From NCBI GenBank assembly GCA_034723415.1, contig JAYEOX010000109.1, positions 8,129 through 63,808 of the forward strand: DNA of 55,680 nucleotides, written 5' to 3'. This document shows, piece after piece, positions 51,329 to 55,680 of this stretch. The notes beneath the pieces are model-generated. The model saw only the letters and a list, made by a program, of their open reading frames with translations. It did no database searches and was not told the DNA's origin. Position numbers and translations under genes: made by a program. Within the stretch, counting starts at the first letter, position 1; every line of letters starts with the position of its first letter. Source of the DNA: Fidelibacterota bacterium. Lineage in GTDB: Bacteria > Fidelibacterota > Fidelibacteria > Fidelibacterales > Fidelibacteraceae.

Positions 51329-51962
51329 AATATTTAAAATATTGTCTGAATTGCAGATAGATTTTTATTTAACCGGTGGCACTGCCTTGAGTAGAGTTTA
51401 TTTAAATCATCGTTATTCTGATGATTTGGATTTTTTTATTAATGATTCAGATAAATTTAAAAAACAAATAGATATAATAATTAATAAATTTGAGCAAAAA
51501 AAAGTGAAATTTAATGTTAAATTAAAAGCTGAAAGATTTTGTTCTATTTTTATTGATGAAAATGATACTATTTTAAAACTTGATTTTGTAAATGATATTC
51601 CTTTTAAAATAGGCAAACTAATTAGTTTAGATTTATATCCACGAATTGATAATCCGTTAAATATTTTATCAAATAAAATTTCTGCATTAGGCAGATTTGA
51701 ATCAAAAGATATTGTTGATATATTATTTATTGCAAGATCTTATGAATTTAATTGGAAAGAAATTATTGAATCAACAAAAAAGAAAGATAGCTGGGTTAAT
51801 CCAATCGAAATATCAAAAATTATTTTTGAATTCCCAATTTCAAAATTTGAAGAAATAAAATGGATAAAAAATGAATCATTTAAAGAAATGGATAGTGATT
51901 TAAATATTATATCAAAAGATATTTTATTAGCAGCAAATAATTCTTTGTTTAAAAAATCGTAA
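51297..51962 (+). CDS. AbiEii/AbiGii-family nucleotidyltransferase toxin
   Basis: FYLTGGTAL....HRYSDDLDFF (GG-T-A..RxSxDLD), NKI.AL..R...KD.VD. Confidence 0.85.
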   Translation: MYEKLYLLQDKIFKILSELQIDFYLTGGTALSRVYLNHRYSDDLDFFINDSDKFKKQIDIIINKFEQKKVKFNVKLKAERFCSIFIDENDTILKLDFVNDIPFKIGKLISLDLYPRIDNPLNILSNKISALGRFESKDIVDILFIARSYEFNWKEIIESTKKKDSWVNPIEISKIIFEFPISKFEEIKWIKNESFKEMDSDLNIISKDILLAANNSLFKKS

Positions 51963-51992
51963 AAATAACAAAATATTTTAGAGAACAACATT

Positions 51993-53144
51993 ATGAGCAA
52001 AATAAATTTCATAACTGCAGGCGAAAGTCATGGTCCAATATTAACGGCAATAATTAATGGTTTACCGGCTGGATTTAAAATTGATATTGAAAAGATAAAT
52101 GAGCAGTTGCAAAAAAGACAGCAAGGATATGGCCGTGGCGGAAGAATGAAAATTGAAAAAGACAGTGTGAGTATGTTGTCCGGTGTTCGTAATTCTGTAA
52201 CACTTGGTTCTCCGATTACTTTACAAATTATTAATCGTGATTTCTCAAATTGGGAAGATACAATGGATCCAATTTTTCCGGATACGAGAAATGAAAAGGT
52301 CGAAATCCCTCGTCCGGGTCATGCCGATTATGCGGGTGTAAAAAAATATGGGTTTGATGATATTAGAAATGTGCTTGAAAGATCTTCCGCAAGAGAGACA
52401 GCAATTAGAGTTGCGGTAGGATCTTTATGTCGTCAATTTTTAGAAAATATTGGAATAAAATTTTTTAGTCATGTTAAGCAAATTGGAAAAATATCAATTA
52501 GTGAAACAACTATAATCAATAACGAGTTGCTTGCGTTAGCTAACAATTCACCGGTTCGGTGTATAGAAAAAAGCATTACAGAAAAAATGAAAAAAGAAAT
52601 TGATAATGCAAAGTCAAATGGTGATTCAGTTGGTGGAATATTTCAAGTAGTGGTGAAAAATTTGCCAATTGGACTTGGTAGTTATATTCATTGGGATGAA
52701 AGATTATCATCACAAATCTCATCTCATATCTTAGGAATTCCGGCAATAAAAGGAATTGAATTTGGAGAAGGATTTAATTCTGCAAATATTTCAGGAAAGA
52801 ATTATCACGATGAATTTATAGTAAAAAATGGAAGAATATCACGAACTTCAAATAATGCCGGCGGATTTGAAGGCGGAATGACAAATGGTGAGCCGTTGAT
52901 AATTAATGCTGTCATGAAACCGATTCCTACTTTGACAAATCCATTAAAAAGTTTTAATATTAGAACAAAAGAAAAAGCAATTGCTCATAAAGAGAGAACC
53001 GATTCATGTGCTGTTCCTGCTGCGAGTGTAGTAGCTGAAAATGTTATTGCTATTCCGTTATTAGATGTGTTTTTAGAAAGATTCGGACGAGATTCTTGGG
53101 AGATTATTAAGAAAAGATTTAAAGATGAAAATTATATAAATTAG
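51993..53144 (+). CDS. aroC: Chorismate synthase
   Basis: TAGESHG, RPGHAD, RSSARET, GGFEGGMTNG, MKPIPT. Confidence 0.97.
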   Translation: MSKINFITAGESHGPILTAIINGLPAGFKIDIEKINEQLQKRQQGYGRGGRMKIEKDSVSMLSGVRNSVTLGSPITLQIINRDFSNWEDTMDPIFPDTRNEKVEIPRPGHADYAGVKKYGFDDIRNVLERSSARETAIRVAVGSLCRQFLENIGIKFFSHVKQIGKISISETTIINNELLALANNSPVRCIEKSITEKMKKEIDNAKSNGDSVGGIFQVVVKNLPIGLGSYIHWDERLSSQISSHILGIPAIKGIEFGEGFNSANISGKNYHDEFIVKNGRISRTSNNAGGFEGGMTNGEPLIINAVMKPIPTLTNPLKSFNIRTKEKAIAHKERTDSCAVPAASVVAENVIAIPLLDVFLERFGRDSWEIIKKRFKDENYIN

Positions 53145-53197
53145 TTTCATATTTAATTAATATTTTTTAAATTTAATGTGAATTTAAAGGAGAGGAA

Positions 53198-53563
53198 ATG
53201 AAAAAAGAAAAAATAAAATCAGTAAAGGAAACAATTGTTAAAGAATTTAGAAACTTGTCTCCTGCAGAAGAACATTCAATATTAGAGTCAAATGATTTTG
53301 AATTTATTAAAAGACAAATAAAGAACCTGGAAAAAGATAAAAGGGTATTTGTCATTTCAAGTACTATTGTTATAACGCTAGTTTTAATTCTTTTAATATT
53401 TTTCTTTAAGGATAAACCAATTGGTGAATGGCTTTATCTGGTATATTTAGGAATTGCTGTTGTTTTATCTGTAAAAGCATCTTTAAGTTTTGAAAAAATA
53501 AAAAGAAAAATATCACTTTTCAAGATATTAAAATCTTATTACGACAATAAAAATAACATTTAA
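53198..53563 (+). CDS. Hypothetical two-TM membrane protein
   Basis: Strong AAGGAGAGG SD, 121-aa ORF with two hydrophobic segments, no recognisable motif. Confidence 0.65.
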   Translation: MKKEKIKSVKETIVKEFRNLSPAEEHSILESNDFEFIKRQIKNLEKDKRVFVISSTIVITLVLILLIFFFKDKPIGEWLYLVYLGIAVVLSVKASLSFEKIKRKISLFKILKSYYDNKNNI

Positions 53564-53585
53564 CTGTAATTAAATTAGATATTAA

Positions 53586-54095
53586 ATGAATTATTTTCTT
53601 ATTGGAATGATGGGTTCCGGGAAAACATCTATTGGAAAATTGTTATCTGATAATTTCAATTACAATTTTATTGATCTTGATTATGAAATAGAGAAAATCG
53701 TCGGAATGAAAATTAATAATATTTTCGACAGATATGGAGAAGAATATTTTAGGAAATTAGAAGTGAAAATCTCGCGAAAAGTTATTAGCAATTTGGAGAA
53801 TAATGTTATTGCAACAGGTGGTGGATTCCCTATTAATGAAAATAATTTTAAATGGATGGAGAATATTGGAAGTATTATTTGGTTGAAAGCATCTGCGGAT
53901 ACGATTTATAAAAGAATTCATTCAAATAAAGATCGACCGTTATTAATTAATCCAACTGTTCATTCAATAGGAGATAAATTATCTAAACGGATAAAATATT
54001 ATAAAAAGGCAGAGTATCATATTGATACAAATAATAAATCTCCAAAAGCTATTGAAAAAAAAATTGTTAGTGAAATTAGAAAAAATAAATTGTAA
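53586..54095 (+). CDS. aroK: Shikimate kinase
   Basis: GMMGSGKT, DLD, GE.YFR..E, ATGGG, RPL. Confidence 0.95.
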   Translation: MNYFLIGMMGSGKTSIGKLLSDNFNYNFIDLDYEIEKIVGMKINNIFDRYGEEYFRKLEVKISRKVISNLENNVIATGGGFPINENNFKWMENIGSIIWLKASADTIYKRIHSNKDRPLLINPTVHSIGDKLSKRIKYYKKAEYHIDTNNKSPKAIEKKIVSEIRKNKL

Positions 54096-54134
54096 GTTAT
54101 AAACGAAAATTTAAATATCATTTATTAGGAAATT

Positions 54135-55244
54135 ATGCAAAAAATTCAAGTTGATCTACATGAAAGAAGTTATAATGTCATTATAGGCAATGATATCTTA
54201 AAAGGAATTGGGAAGATAATTAAAGAATATGAAACAAGTAAAAATATTGCTTTAATATCAAGTGAACATGTTACAGAATTATATGAAAATACAGTGGAAA
54301 AATCACTCATTGAAAATGGATATAAAATTCATTTCATTAAGATGCCAAGTGGAGAGCGGAATAAGAATTTAGAAACTGTTCAATATTTATATGATAAAAT
54401 ATTGGATTTAAATTTTGATAGAAGTTCTGTTATTATTGCTTTAGGTGGTGGTGTACTTGGCGATACTGCTGGATTTGTTGCAGCTACTATTTTTCGTGGG
54501 ATTGATCTAATTCAAATTCCTACAACTTTATTATCACAAGTTGATTCATCTATTGGTGGAAAAGTTGGAATAAATCACGAGCGTGGAAAAAATTTGGTAG
54601 GTGCATTTTATCAGCCAAAGGCTGTGATAGTAGATCCTAATGTTTTAAAAACATTGGAATTTAGAGAAATGGTCTCAGGATTTGGTGAAGTAATAAAATA
54701 CGGAATAATTAAAGATAGAATATTTACAAAATTTCTATTGGACAACTATAAAGATATTTTGTTATTAAAGAATATGGATTATATAAATTATGCAATTTCT
54801 CGTTCAATAGAGATCAAATCTTCGATAGTATCTTCTGATGAAAAAGAAAGTTCTTTGAGAATGGTTTTAAATTTTGGGCATACAATTGGCCATGCTATTG
54901 AAGTTACAGAAGGATATGGTAAATTTGCACATGGCGAAGCTGTGATCGTAGGAATGTGTGCTGCGATTAAATTAAGTGTTGATGTTGGAATTTTTGATTC
55001 TAATGAAGCTAACAAATTAATAAATAATTTGGAAAAAATTCCCGTTGCTCCATCTGTAAATCATTTAAATGAAGATAAAATATTGAAAGCGATGTACCAT
55101 GATAAAAAAGTTAAAAATGGGAATATTAGATTTGTTCTATTAAATAAAATTGGAGAACCCGAGATAAGAGATGATGTTTCTGATGAACAAATAATTGAAG
55201 TAATTAAATGGATAAAGGAGTTGAATTTTGACTCATCAATCTAA
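54135..55244 (+). CDS. aroB: 3-dehydroquinate synthase
   Basis: GGGVLGD, PTTLLSQVDSSIGGK, KNLVG, LNFGHT.GHA, HGEAV. Confidence 0.97.
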   Translation: MQKIQVDLHERSYNVIIGNDILKGIGKIIKEYETSKNIALISSEHVTELYENTVEKSLIENGYKIHFIKMPSGERNKNLETVQYLYDKILDLNFDRSSVIIALGGGVLGDTAGFVAATIFRGIDLIQIPTTLLSQVDSSIGGKVGINHERGKNLVGAFYQPKAVIVDPNVLKTLEFREMVSGFGEVIKYGIIKDRIFTKFLLDNYKDILLLKNMDYINYAISRSIEIKSSIVSSDEKESSLRMVLNFGHTIGHAIEVTEGYGKFAHGEAVIVGMCAAIKLSVDVGIFDSNEANKLINNLEKIPVAPSVNHLNEDKILKAMYHDKKVKNGNIRFVLLNKIGEPEIRDDVSDEQIIEVIKWIKELNFDSSI

Positions 55245-55680
55245 TGATATTTTTAAAATTTTGATTATTCATGGACCAAATTTGAATATGTTGGGGAGTA
55301 GAGATCCCAAATTATACGGTAGATTGACATTAGATAAATTGAATAAAAAAATTCGTGAAAAAGCAAATGAGTTAGATGTTTCTGTAAAAATTCATCAATT
55401 CAGTTCAGAAGAAAAGATAATAAAAACATTACATCGACAGCGAAAAATATGTGATGGCGTGATAATTAATCCAGCTGCTTTTACACATTATAGCTATGCT
55501 ATTCGTGATGCAATTGAATTGATAAAAATTCCTGTTGTTGAAGTTCATTTATCTAATATTTATGAACGAGAAGATTTTAGAAAAATTTCCGTAACAAAAG
55601 ATGTTTGTATTTATCAAATTTATGGTAAAAAAGAAAATAGTTATTTAGAAGGTTTAGAATATTTAGTTAAATATTTGAAT
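55228..55680 (+). CDS. aroQ: Type II 3-dehydroquinate dehydratase; runs off the window edge; absent from the ORF track
   Basis: Hand translation from TTG 55228 (AAGGAG SD): HGPNLNMLGSRDP..YG, INPAAFTHYS, EVHLSN...RE.FR. Confidence 0.95.
   Translation, partial: MTHQSNDIFKILIIHGPNLNMLGSRDPKLYGRLTLDKLNKKIREKANELDVSVKIHQFSSEEKIIKTLHRQRKICDGVIINPAAFTHYSYAIRDAIELIKIPVVEVHLSNIYEREDFRKISVTKDVCIYQIYGKKENSYLEGLEYLVKYLN

Noticed and set aside
51011..51962. Prophage or integrative element around the TA pair
   Set aside because: No integrase, transposase, att-like tRNA fragment or phage gene nearby.

Overview
AT-rich bacterial chromosome segment using the standard genetic code (TGA serves as a stop codon; tRNA-Trp has the CCA anticodon). 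Insertions in RpoB, RpoC, L3 and L23 suggest the FCB superphylum, possibly Marinimicrobia-like; this is inference and no search was run. From left to right the window holds: a cluster of short composite repeats; galE; a divergent intergenic region carrying a 369-bp MITE-like insertion (17-bp flanking direct repeats, internal REP/REPIN-like palindrome); a CCA-adding enzyme; a stand-alone Wzc-type tyrosine kinase; and a dipeptide epimerase. Next is an uninterrupted ~31-kb translation/transcription superoperon: tRNA-Thr/Tyr/Gly/Thr, tuf, rpmG, tRNA-Trp, secE, nusG, rplKAJL, rpoBC, rpsLG, fusA, a second apparently identical tuf, and the S10, spc and alpha clusters. The right part contains a GHL10 hydrolase and YihY, tgt, pepD, a transglutaminase/PPIase/LPP20 envelope cluster, yitT, and a shikimate operon (aroA-aroE-aroC-aroK-aroB-aroQ) interrupted by an AbiEii-type toxin-antitoxin pair and an orphan membrane gene. 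Most of the gene content is housekeeping. The most unusual signals are a modular family of tiny dispersed repeats (one inserted in frame in aroE, one supplying the galE stop), the long-TSD MITE, extreme ATA/GTA codon bias in the two tuf copies, C55 in two tRNAs, a terminator inside the tRNA-tuf operon, and substitutions at antibiotic-relevant ribosomal loops. All counts and alignments were made by eye.
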